Below are positions 24,398 through 36,189 of a DNA stretch of 64,000 bases, one piece after another. Origin of the DNA: Paecilomyces variotii (taxonomy: Eukaryota). The stretch is taken from NCBI GenBank assembly GCA_004022145.1, contig RCNU01000009.1. The stretch is one strand, 5' to 3'. The translations under genes were made by a program, and so were the position numbers. The notes beneath the pieces were generated by a model. It was not told the DNA's origin. It saw only the letters and a list, made by a program, of their open reading frames with translations, and did no database searches. Numbering within the stretch: the stretch's first letter is position 1; each line of letters begins with the position of its first letter.

Positions 24398-25510
24398 CTA
24401 AAGGATATTGTCTCGTACAGTTGTCTTAGGAAGCAGTCTGCTTACGATCTCAGAATCATCCAGAGATTCCTCACCATCACTGTCCTGGTCATCGTCTTGC
24501 CAGTGAGTGAGTGCGTACGTGGCAAGATCTGTCATCAGTCGACCGCCAGCGGAGACATCGTGGAAAGTATCAACGTCCAAGACCCCTTCGGCGCCATAGC
24601 ATCCTTGCACGCTCTCGCTGCAGTCCTTTTCACTCCCGCTACAGACACCGACTATCTTGGGGAAGCCGCCAATAAATTCCCACATGGGACCACCGGACCA
24701 TCCCGGAGAGGCGAAGATCCTAGACTCAAGCTCTTTGCCCTTATCCGCATGAAGATCCACGTCTGTGAGGTTGATGCTCGACACGAGCATCTGTGCACGG
24801 CCACGAAAAGAATCAGAGGGATAACCAGAACTCCGCCATGATCTCTTCATGTATTCGCCTGAGTCGTCCCACCATTGCGTGCCCATCCAGCCAGCCTTGT
24901 CTCCTAGAGGATCACAGAGTTGGCACACGATATAGTCGATTCCTGTGACGTTGAAAGTGTTCTTCACTCCACGACACTTGGTGACATACGATCCGCCATA
25001 TGGTTCACTGCCGTTGGTATAGGCAGGTATGAATCGCATCCATCTACCTGAGCGGTAGCCCCAAGGATAGCAGTGACTTGCTGTGAGGATCATATTCCTG
25101 CCGATTAGAGAGGCTGTGCACCAACCACCTAAGTCGCCTTCATATTTCTTGAACACCAAACGTCCAATTGTGCTCCACGGATATGAATTGGTGTTCAGGA
25201 CTCGATCACGATAATATAGACCGGTTCGATTGGGATTCTGGAATGCGAGTCTCTCCGCATCTCTCGCCTTCCACGGTACTGCTCTCGCATATCTTTCAAC
25301 ACGGACGTCATCTGGGACGAAATTATCAGTCCCACCTGAATAACGATCTGACGCCACCAGGTTACGGTAAGGAGACAAGACAGCGGCCAGCGTGACGGGA
25401 TCAAGCATCTCTGCTTCTAGGATCGGCATTTCTAAACTGCCGCGGCAAGACTCAGTACCAGAAGAACTCAGTGCTAGAACGAGCACAGAAAATAAGAATG
25501 TGATCTTCAT
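24398..25510 (-). CDS. Secreted trypsin-like (V8/glutamyl-endopeptidase-like) serine protease
   Basis: Signal peptide MKITFLFSVLVLALSSSG. Motifs YPWSTIGRL, CTASLIGRNMILTASHC (His), GIDY (Asp) and SPGWSGGP (Ser). No introns. Confidence 0.82.
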   Translation of the reverse strand: MKITFLFSVLVLALSSSGTESCRGSLEMPILEAEMLDPVTLAAVLSPYRNLVASDRYSGGTDNFVPDDVRVERYARAVPWKARDAERLAFQNPNRTGLYYRDRVLNTNSYPWSTIGRLVFKKYEGDLGGWCTASLIGRNMILTASHCYPWGYRSGRWMRFIPAYTNGSEPYGGSYVTKCRGVKNTFNVTGIDYIVCQLCDPLGDKAGWMGTQWWDDSGEYMKRSWRSSGYPSDSFRGRAQMLVSSINLTDVDLHADKGKELESRIFASPGWSGGPMWEFIGGFPKIVGVCSGSEKDCSESVQGCYGAEGVLDVDTFHDVSAGGRLMTDLATYALTHWQDDDQDSDGEESLDDSEIVSRLLPKTTVRDNIL

Positions 25511-26393
25511 AACCAAAAGAGTGGAATATACTCATTGAGAAAGAGCGTGGCATCTGAACGATGAACAGCTGCAAGACTCGCTGCAACTGGGCACAGTATC
25601 GCGCAAGGTCATGATAGACTGTTGACCCTCAGCAATGCTCCCTACGGGGCAAGTCAAGAGGCATGCGCCAGTCTGCCTTGTAGGTCGTCGTTTCGTTCCA
25701 GAGCCTTCGCTCCTTCCATTGTGGTTTTTCGCAAGGACTCCCTGGTGCTGGCAGGAGAAGAAGTCTTCCAACATTCATACCGCTTTTAGCAACTTCCATG
25801 TTCTTGTATTTTACCCCATTTCCTCACTGTCAATAGTGGGAGATTTTCACTGAGGTCCAGATATACTGATTTAAGGACTATCCTGCTAAGCCCCGAGGCC
25901 GCATTTTCACATAGGGCTGGGTCCTAGCGAGATGTCCAACGCGTGGGCTTTCTGGAACATAAATGAAATCGAGATAAGAGATTGGACAGGAGAAGTAGCT
26001 CTTATTGAAACTGTCGTTGTCAGAGAGGTCAAGACCTAATATCGGAAACCCACGTAGTCCAGATCCAGACGACGATGGAGATATAATCCACCATTCTTGG
26101 CAAAGAACCAGTGTCCCAGACCCGAAAGTACGTAGGGCTTCAAATTCCCCATGGATCAAGCCCTGATTCCTGTGCTAGTAGTGAAGTAAGTTATCGCCGG
26201 TCGGGGACTGTGGGGAAGCATGTTGTGTCGGCGCGGGATAACATCATCGTCCCGCTTGCTCAACAGCTAGTTTGGATATTTTTCTCAATAGACCACAGCA
26301 CGCTTTGGTGCGGCTTCAGCTGCCTTTCTTGGGGATCGTTGATATTTGTTTGTTTTACTTCCTTGGATACCAACTTTATCCTCGTCATCGAAG

Positions 26394-28490
26394 ATGTTCA
26401 AGAAGAAGCCCACGGTAACATTTACCCCTCCCCCGCACTCACGCCTTTATCGTTTTCTGCCGCATGGAAATGCTGATTGAAGCTCCAGATCAAAAACCTT
26501 GCGTCTCTGCGTTCTTCGGACAGGCGTAAGATAGCAGATCAGATCATTCAAGACTACAAGATTCCCGTTCCGGCCGCTGCTCCATCTGAGACAAATCCTG
26601 ACGAGGCTGCTGCCGCTGCCAGCTCGACCCAGACATCTGCAAACCTCACCGCGATACGCAATGCTCTCCTCCCAGACAACTCACAATCAGCGCGTTTTAC
26701 AACGACGGCCGGGCCACAGCTTCGCGAAGTCCAAGGTACCGTCTATGTCGGCACACATCCAGAGGGCGAAGAACGGATACTGTGGTTCAAAATAGACCAT
26801 GGACCTGGTGCCGATGGCCGTTTTTACCCGTCTGTTTACACCTTATGGCATTTTCCACGACTGGTTCCCCTGCTACAGACTCCGGGGTTCGTGATGGGCA
26901 AGCTGTGTAGCGGTGCTGATCTGATGACGCCTGGTCTTGCGAATGGGCCCCCGTTCCCGGAGCGTGCCGTCAAGGGTGCCGTAGTTGCGGTTTCGAGCCT
27001 GGACAAGCCTACGGTTCCACAGTTTGTTGGATTGTGCGAGATTGATGTATCGTCTCTCGGAGAGGTGCAGGGGGCAAAAGGTCATGCCGTTCGCGGTCTC
27101 CACTGGGAAGGGGATGAGTTGTGGTCTTGGAGTTCGTCGTCCAGACCGGGTAAACCAGGCCCAGAGTTCCTGGAAGGATGGGACGAGGAAGTAAATGATA
27201 TCGAAGAGGGTGTCGCTGAGTTGACTCTGGAGGAAGAGAAAGGTGATAAGCAGGTGGAAGAGGACGGTGGTGTGTCACTGAGCGAGGCTCCTGAGCAACA
27301 ACCGGAGGACGTCCCAATCGAGAAAGAAAAGGAGCCCACAACTAAAGGTACGGAAGAACACCTAACACATCAGGCGGAAAAGTGGTATTGACAAAGCTTG
27401 CAATCCAGAAATCGACGAAGCTTTCGTCAAGGCCTTCGTCTATGCTCTCTACCAACACAAAAAAGACAATGCGTCCGCGCCGAATCATGGACTATCGTTC
27501 CCTATTCAGCCATCTGCTCTGATCTCCAGCCTTGTTACCCCCTATCTCCCAATATACTCTCCCCAGCAAGCTCAATTTTACCAGATCAAAAAGACCAGCT
27601 GGAAGAATGTGAAGAAATTCATCAAGCACCTCGACAAGGCGGGTCTCGTTAAGTCGAAGGACCGAAACGGACAGGAGACTGTCATTTTAGACGTCGATTT
27701 CAATGATCCCCTTGTTAACCAGTTTGTCCCGTACAAACTTCCGTCGAAGAACGCCATTGAGAACGCTGGAAAGCCCATTTCTGGTGGCCAAAAATCCGCA
27801 ACGAGCGAGGGAGATCCGTCCGTCGGTCAAACTCTTACTGTGCAGACTCTCTACAGGCCAACGCAGAAGTTGACTCCCACTCTCTTCCCATCCCTTTCGA
27901 GCAGTGACCCGAGTAACTACTACAAGTATTCGGACGTTTCGAAGCGTCTTGATGAATACCTTCAGTCGCAGGATCTCGTCTCTAAGGAGAATCGGCGTAT
28001 TATATCCTTGAATCCGTTCCTCGCAAACACGATATTTACTTCGTCCTCCTCGGAGGACAGAGCTACCCAAGCACGCGGAGCTGTCACGCGTGATGAACTT
28101 CTGAAACGCATTGTCGAGGACAGTACACTTATGGCGCCTTATCACGTTATACTGAGAAACAACCAAACCACTGCGGACGTCAAGCCCAAACCAGGTCCCG
28201 CACCCTCTGTCACGGTGACTCTCGAGCGTCGTACCGGCTCTAAGACAGTTAGCAAGGTTTCGGGACTTGAGGTTTTTGGTATTCTACCCAGTCTCCTGGC
28301 CGAGGAATTACAAAAGAAATGCGCCAGCAGCACGAGTGTGTCTCAGGCCAATGGTGCGCCAAGGGGTGTTATGGAAGTTCTTGTACAAGGAGACCAGAGA
28401 AAAGCCATCGAGACAGCCCTGGCCCGGCGTGGAGTCAGAAACCAATGGATTGGAGTTGTGGATAAGACGAAGAAGAAAAAGGGGAACTGA
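26394..28490 (+). CDS. tma64: Translation factor eIF2D/ligatin (Tma64): PUA, SWIB and SUI1 domains, 3 exons
   Basis: Starts MFKKKPT|IKNL after intron 26415-26488, with a second intron at about 27349-27408. Motifs GADLMTPG (PUA), IKKTSWKNVKKFIK and the C-terminal SUI1 region (ERRTGSKTVSKVSGLE...VLVQGDQ). Confidence 0.9.
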
Positions 28491-29087
28491 ATATGTGTAT
28501 GAAGAATGGGAAGATTTAGTAAGATATCGTCGACGTTGACCGATAGCAGGTCTATCTGACCCTTACTGCTTTTTGGGTGGCATTTTGACGAATAGGTCTG
28601 GAAACAATGTATGAGACCTGTTAAGATTAGGTTAATACGCGCAGAGAAATAATCATGACAACTATTGATTCCTACCCAAGGTGACTCCCTGGTTAAACTC
28701 GACTGTACACCACGTCCTTCGCCTGCTTTTCGGACCCCGGTAGGGGGGCGAAGCGGGAAAATTTCCGTTCACAGAATTAAGTCTGACCCGTCTCTGTACG
28801 GTGGATAGCCTCAAAAAGTTGACGAATAATAATAAATTACAATATGGAAGCATGCCATCGATTCCCAGCATGTTTCTCGGTTGCAGCGGCTATACCCTTT
28901 TCAGACCCCGACTGCCGTTAGAAGCCGTATCTATAAACTTTGAAAACGACTGTCCCCTTTCTTGCAATGGATTCTATTCTCCCAAAGCCATTTGGGAACT
29001 AGTACCCTCATTCTTTGTATCTCTTCTGTCTCTCTCCGCTGATAATTGCAACCTAGCTCGGCTACCTGAACGAAGTCTTAGGCCATT

Positions 29088-31670
29088 ATGCCTTCTCCAT
29101 CCATCATTGCAACATGCAGAGAGACTCGGTTTCATCTGAATGATAAGCCTTCACAAGAGGCAAGTAAACAATGTCATTCTCAAGTGGATGTTCTCCGTTA
29201 ACAACAATATTAAAAAGGTAGACGTGAGCGGTCTTACCATCAGCATAGCCTCTCCCACCTCAGAAGCCACGGAAGTTGCATCCAGCACCAAGGCTAAAGG
29301 GAAATCTAAGGCAAAGGCTGGCAGTCGAGAACTCATATCAGACAGTCACTTGCGACTGAAACCAGGGGTCCATTACGGGTTTCTGGGACGAAATGGAAGC
29401 GGAAAATCTAGTGAGAAATAAATTTATTTATTTACGTCGTGTGTGATGCACTGCTGATTGAAGTACGATTGTTTAGCTCTTCTGCGCGCAATGGCTGAGA
29501 AAATTATACCTGGGATTTCGTTCAGTACCTGCATTGCCATATTGCAACAAACCAATCCTCAAAACGAGAGGGGAAATGATACGGAATCAAACCAAGAGGG
29601 TACGGTCCTGGAATTCGTTCTCAGCAGTGACCGTGTTCGGAATAGAGCTGTTCAAACTGCAAACCGTAAGTTGGCTTTTGGGCTCCTCGTTCAAAGCCTA
29701 TGTTTTGTTGATGAGATCGATCCTTCCCTCTCTCTATAGTTATCTCCAGCAGTTTCGAATCAGATGATCCCTTGCAACCTGTGTTCGCTATTCGAAAATT
29801 ACGTCTCCAGCAAGCGGAAGAGGAACTTTCACTTGCTAGGAAAAATGCTAGTTTCAAGAGCGGAGCAAGAGGTTTACAAGCCAGGAGGGATTTGAAGGCA
29901 GCAGAAGCAAAACTTGAAATCTCGATGAATTTGTGAGTCGACCGAACCGTTTCTTCTGACTATGATTTTAACCCATTCAGATTCACCCAAAGACCGGAAG
30001 CTATCGATCCCCAGACGATTCAAACGGAAACAGAGGCTGCGTTGGAGACACTGCAGGATTTACAGTCCCAGCTTGAAGAGGTATAAGCCATAGACCGGCC
30101 CAGCTTGTTCGTCAGCTAATGTGAGATAAGACCAGCTTGTCTGATAAAGAGCGGCAAGCCCGCCAAATTCTGCGAGGCTTAGGCTTCAAGGAAGATGCAT
30201 TGGATAAGCAAGTTTCGACCCTTTCTGGTGGCTGGCGCATGCGGTGCATGCTAGCGAGCGTCTTGATTCAACAATCAGATATACTGATATTGGATGAGCC
30301 GACTAATTTCCTAGATCTACTGGGCATAATGTGGCTGGAAAACTTCCTTCGACATCTTCGAGAAACTACTAACACGACCGTTCTACTTGTCTCGCATGAT
30401 CGAAATTTCTTGAATTCCGTTTGCGAAGAAATGCTGATTCTTCGAGATCAGAAGCTTGAATATTTCCGAGGAAACGTAGCGGCATACGAACGGAATTTCG
30501 AAGAAAAGAAGCTCTACTGGGCACGCATGAAAGAAGCCCAGGAAAGGCAGATAGCTCATATTGAAACCAACATCCGCGAGAATATAAAGATCGGAAAAAG
30601 GACAAACGACGAAAATAAGCTTCGACAAGCTAAATCCCGCCAAAAGAGGATCGATGATCGCATGGGTGTCCAAGTAAATCCAAATGGAGGAAGGTTCAAG
30701 CGGAGCAGAGATCTGGCTGGCTTTCATTTCAAAAGCCGGGCAGATATTGAAGTTCCAACAGACGAGAGAGGTGTGGTTCTGACACTACCTGACGCGACGG
30801 ATTTGCGCTTTCCAGGGCCCCTGCTCTCTCTCGAGGGGGTTACATTCCGATATCCTAACTCCAGTGGCATTGTCCTGAACAGTGTGAACTTGGTTATTCA
30901 TATGGGAGACCGCGTCGGTATCATGGGTCTCAACGGGTCTGGGAAAACAACCCTGTTGCGCATATTGACTGGCGGATTAACTCCCTCTGCGGGCAAAACT
31001 TCGTTTCATCCACGATTGAAGACTGTCTACTACAGCCAACATTCTGTCGAAGAATTGCAGGAATTCGGCCGAAGTGAGCCTGGTTCAACTGCCTTGAGTC
31101 TCATGATGTCCGAGACGCATGGAACTCTAAACGAGGGAGCCGTGAGAGGTCTTCTTTCATCATTAGGATTGTATGGACATATAGCATCTGACGTGCCCAT
31201 TGCTCAACTATCAGGCGGACAACTAGTAAGTAAGATCTTTGGAACAATTGTTCAATACCAACTGACTGTGTCATGGCAAAAAGGCTCGTTTAGCTCTAGC
31301 ACGGATTGTCTGGAGCTTTCCACAATTGTTGATACTTGATGAAATTAGCACTCATCTGGACTATCATACGGTCACTGCATTGGCCTCTGCTCTTTCGTCT
31401 TTCAACGGTGCTATCCTCCTTGCTTCTCATGATCGTTTCCTACTCCGATCCGTGATTGAGGGTAAATGGGATGATGAAACACAAGTGGATGAGACCTTTG
31501 AAAGACTCGCCGACGAGGAAGAAGGCACAACAAGCCGACGTCGTTCGGTATATGTGCTTAAAAGAGGCGAATTGGAAGAGCAAGAAGACGGGGTGGGTCA
31601 ATTTGAGCAAAGTCTGGCCAAGAGAGTGGATAGAATGCTGTCCGACCAGGAAATTTCCAGCCGATCTTGA
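29088..31670 (+). CDS. ABC-F family ATPase (two NBDs, no TM domains), multi-exon
   Basis: Walker A motifs GRNGSGKS and GLNGSGKT, signatures LSGGW and LSGGQ, Walker B ILDEPTN and ILDEIST, H-loops VSHDR and ASHDR. Pieces are joined by introns. The start at 29088 requires a GC-AG first intron. Confidence 0.85.
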
Positions 31671-32033
31671 AGACCAGAACGAGATAAAACGAAGCAAGTG
31701 CTATAATTATGCGTGCCACTCGCTTATCTTAGGGGTGGCCGACGCTATTTTTGACCAACGATGCGCCACCGGCTTTAGCTTCCAGGCATCCTTAGGCTCC
31801 AGCGCGGAAACTCAAGTAAACACGGCAAGATTTCCAACTGCTCAATGCCGTCTGGGGAGGTATATATATAAGGAGTTTCATCATGGTTGGGGCAGAATCA
31901 TTATTGAGAGCACAATCGGTGCTTTATATTCCATATATTGCCTCTTTTTTAATCCTATATCAGCGGAACTTCCGTTTGAAAATCTAATTGCTCCTGGAGT
32001 TATCGGTGCTAAGTATCGTCATATTTCAGCAAA

Positions 32034-34697
32034 ATGGGATCCTCATCAGCATCACCCTTTCATTTGGAAAATATTGTCGATGGAGAAACGGTGCACCAGG
32101 TGAGTTGACCAATTCCTGCGCGGTCGCAATTTCCAATCCACTTGAACAAGCAGTGTTACTAACATGGTCACAAGCGCTGTGTACTTCTCATCGGCCAATG
32201 CCCATCCAGAGATGGCGAGAGAGCCGGATATAGTGAGATAGAGAGCATCTCAATTTCCACAGCAGACGGCCTGGGATCACGATCTTTCCCCGTGCAATCC
32301 TGGCCGATTGCCCAAGGCCGTTTCAAGGCTTTGGTGATATTATCACCAGGACCGAACCAGCTGACGGTGGAACATTATCGAGAAGGGCAAGTTCAAGGTA
32401 CAATTCAATTGAATATCACCTATGTGCCTCTCTTACAGCTACCGCCTCTCCATCTCGCCATTATGATTGCTAAGGACTCGCCACTTCTGATCGACTGCCC
32501 GCATTCGAAGAACCGTGGCATCTCCACCGCCCATGGTGATCTGAACGCCGCAATTGCCAAATTCCGCATGACGGCGTATATGTGGCAAGCATTGACGGCA
32601 GAAGACATGCGATCCAAGGGCCTGGGACGACGGTCGTTCCGCCTGGAGGAGGAATGGAGCACCGATACGCTCAGCAGAGACTTCCTGAATGCAGCGTACC
32701 ATGAGCCATCGCTGTATGATGAAGATGGCTGCAACGGGGCTCGTTCGACGGCTAAAATCCACTTAGTTCGATCAGAAAAGACCGTGAAAGAGCTGCGAGA
32801 TGCTCAAGTTGCCCAACAGAATCTTGCCGCTCGCCGTAAGGACGATTTGCATGTATACTTCAAGGAAGCCTTGATCGCACATGGGAGCCCATTCCTCCCT
32901 TCGCAGCATCCAGTTGTGGCGGGGCTTATTCTAGACTCGACTTTTTCATCTCAAATGGATCTTATTCTAGGACATGCTGCCCTCGGTTCGTGTGATCCAA
33001 ACGGGATCTCCCTCGGAATATTTGGCTCCCATCTCACATACTCATGGCCACGCTTCCTAGAAGAAGTTCCTGCTTGCCTCCTTGACACAACGCCTGCCGA
33101 TGGCACTGTTGGCAACGACAATGGAGAATGTGAAACTGCGTGGGAAGCGTGCGCTGTTGGCCAAGGTGCCTTCTTGCATGAAGTAGGCCATGCGTTCGGT
33201 GCGCCGCACACGACGGGGATCATGGCGAGAGGATATGCGCATGACTGGCCGAAGAACTTTCTTCCTCACACAGCATTTTGCACGCATACCAATTCTGATG
33301 GTGAGTTGGTAGTGGACAGTGAGAACGACGCCAGGTGGGATATTGCTGATGCTCTGTCATTCCGCTTGAAACCACAATTTCGTCTTCCGGGCGATACTCC
33401 TCTGAGTTCCAATGACAAGACAAGTAAACCGGCGTTCGAAGTGCTTGACCATGAAGGCCTCCCTAGCAAAATCAGCATCAAACACAGAGTCGGTCTTGCC
33501 TGTGTGCAGTTCAACGGTGTTTCGGAACCTGTGCCATCTGTCACTCAACCTTTGCAAAATGTCGAGCACAGTATTGCTGAACTCGAGAAGCGCTTTGGCA
33601 AAGAAACTCCTCTCCAGGTGAAGATTTTGGGAATGAACGGCCAGTATACAACTATCGGAAACGTTTGGCGATTGATATCTGGCAATACCATCCACATCCC
33701 CGGGTCCTCTATTCTCCTTTGGAAACATTCTATCATGAGCGAAGTGCTAGAAAAACAAGCCGACGACGCATTAGGATGGTGGGAATGGGCAGTGCTCCTT
33801 CATCAAATCAAGGACGGAAAACGTACGTTTACAGCGATTGTTCGACATAAGACCGCGAAATGCTAACAAGTATTCCTAAAACAGTGTCTCGAGCAGTGGC
33901 TGTTGATATGCGTGTGGGCGCGATCATTGATGGAGCTGTTGTGTACTATGACAACGGAGAGAAGGTCCCTTGTGGACCTCGTGTGACGAGGGACCAAGTG
34001 CCTATCCAGTTCGGTAAGGAATAAGCATCCTTTATCCGTACAAGCTATAACATTGCTTGCAATTTGCTGATAGAGACGCTATATTGAAATAGGTGGCCAT
34101 CTATCCAGGAAGATAGACATTCCCGAAGGTGTTGAGATCACGAAAGTCGAAATCACTCGTTCAAGCTGGGCTTTGAGCGGAATGAGGATTCACCTCTCCG
34201 ATGGAACCGTCGACGGAGCAATAGAGGACTATGATGACCAGGAAGTCCTCACGCTAGGTATGTTCAAGACACTTTCCGTAAAAGCATGCAAAGTGCAACA
34301 GGAAACCAGCTGACTAGATTTATTGATAGAACCATGGTCTGGCCATAAGATCATTGGGTTTTTCGGTCGCAGTCAATGGATGGCAGGCAACTGCTGCCCG
34401 GTTCATGAATTTGGCATCATCACAGCTCCTAGGGACGCTGAGCTTCCGATGGCTATATACACGATGCCTGAGCTGCAGAACACCGATGGAGGTGTAAGTT
34501 GTGTAAGTACACTCTATCCGACCCAGACTCCATAATTGTTCTTATATTCGTTTTTGTTAGGATACACACGACCCCAAAGGCTAGAATCAGCATCGCTAAC
34601 GTCCGGTTGACGGCTACAGGTTTCGATGGTAAAGAAATCAGACACTTGCGGAAACAGGTCTGTGAAACGGAAATTCCGTGGAGACGATGATTTTTGA
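32034..34697 (+). CDS. Putative zinc metallopeptidase (Metallopep/YIL108W-like) with a possible C-terminal jacalin-like lectin domain
   Basis: HEVGH zinc motif in GAFLHEVGHAFGAPH, plus HLAIMIAKDSP, KFRMTAYMWQA and GIFGSHL. Later exons give DMRVGAIIDGAVVYY and KIIGFFGRS...EFGIITAP. The first exon is MGSSS...TVHQ|GTGAGT. The last exon is uncertain. Confidence 0.8.
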
Positions 34698-35289
34698 CTC
34701 CTCCGACTATGAGGGGGAAGACGGCGATGGCGAGTAGATTGGTTTTCTGCTCTGATCAGCATCTAAGATCTTCATACTTAGATGTCATTTGTTAAATAAG
34801 GAATACTCCATAGATAGAATTCCCCATACCCTTTTCTACGTGTTTAAGGATTTAACTAACCCCGGGGGTTTGATATAAACATATAAGGAGTGCCACTATT
34901 TCAGTGTTTAACTCTTTTTTAGGCAAGTAGTACTAGATTCATCCAGAGCCTTTACTTGCAACATGCCTCGTCCCTCAATTTTAAAGGATCAATACACACA
35001 ATTAAATAATCATCACCGAGAGAGTTCAAGCCGTCGCTGAATATATATCGGTGCGTCTCCGATCCTAGGTAGATCGTGTCTCCACCTTTAAGTACTTAAC
35101 CCCCCTCATTATTGGATTTATTTTTTATCTCCTACTTATGACCGAAAAGCCGATCCGTTATTCGGACTTTCCAACTTTCCTCTTCTTTAATTAAAAGCAT
35201 TATCCTTTCTTCTGGATAGATCACTGGTTATTACTTTCTTAAAACATATACAACAGAGAAATCAACCAAGTACACATCAAGAACAAGCC

Positions 35290-35905
35290 ATGCCCGTCTA
35301 CCACATCGGTAAGTATGGTATCTAGTTAACCTCGTCCCCCGCATTTCATTTCATTCCATTTCATCATCGCATTTCCTCCCTCCTTCTTGTCTTATCTTAC
35401 CATTATACTTAAAACCCAAAACAAGCACACAAAATAATCATCCCTATTAGAAGTAATAATAACCAGTTCCTAACTAACTAACAATATCAGTTCTTTTCCG
35501 CCTCAAACCCGGCGTGACGTCCGAACAACTCGCCAACTGGTCTGCCATCAGCCGCGCGATGGTTGGCAAGATCCCCGGCCTGATTTCCCTCCACGCGGGA
35601 TCTCCGCTGCCTATTTCCGTGCCCCGCGCAAAGGGCTTCGATATGGGACTCGTGGCTGTTCTGGAGTCGCCGGAACATGTTGCTGGTTATGCTTCGCATC
35701 CGGCGCATTTGGAGTGAGCTTTTGGGTCTTTTCTTTTTCGTCCTTTTTTTTTGGTTTTATTTTTTTATTGCTTGTGGTTGGATAGGATGGTGTGAAAGCT
35801 GTTGCTTGGAACTGAGCTAATTGAATTGCTGCGGATAGGGTGCATAAGATTCGGGAGGAGCTATGTGAGGATACGTTGGCGTATGATTTGGAGTTTCCTG
35901 CTTGA
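35290..35905 (+). CDS. Stress-responsive A/B barrel (Dabb) protein, 3 exons
   Basis: The spliced product is MPVYHIVLFRLKPGV...MVGKIPGLISLHAG...RAKGFDMGLVAVLE...YASHPAHLEVHKIREELCEDTLAYDLEFPA. HIVLF and HPAH are typical Dabb motifs. Confidence 0.85.
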
Positions 35906-36189
35906 GTGGCGGATAAACCTGTCAAAGATCTCGTAACAGGTGACAATCAAAAAATGGCTCGTCTTTTACACGCATTAGTGTCCCTTTCGAGGTAGTAGAA
36001 GCTATAAAAGGCTCGACTGGAAGTCATCATTCGCATTCATCGATTCGTCGACTCATTCATTCATTCATACAATACACCAAACTTAGACGCTCAAGGAAAT
36101 GTCCAAGTATAATAGAAGAGAAAAAAAAAATTGATATAATAGACAAGTCAATGTAAGGTAAGTGGTTCAGAGGAAGATGAATAGGGTGA

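Noticed and set aside
28716-28755. TTCGCC...GGCGAA hairpin considered as a possible ncRNA
   Set aside because: No tRNA A/B boxes or snRNA/snoRNA hallmarks that I can support.
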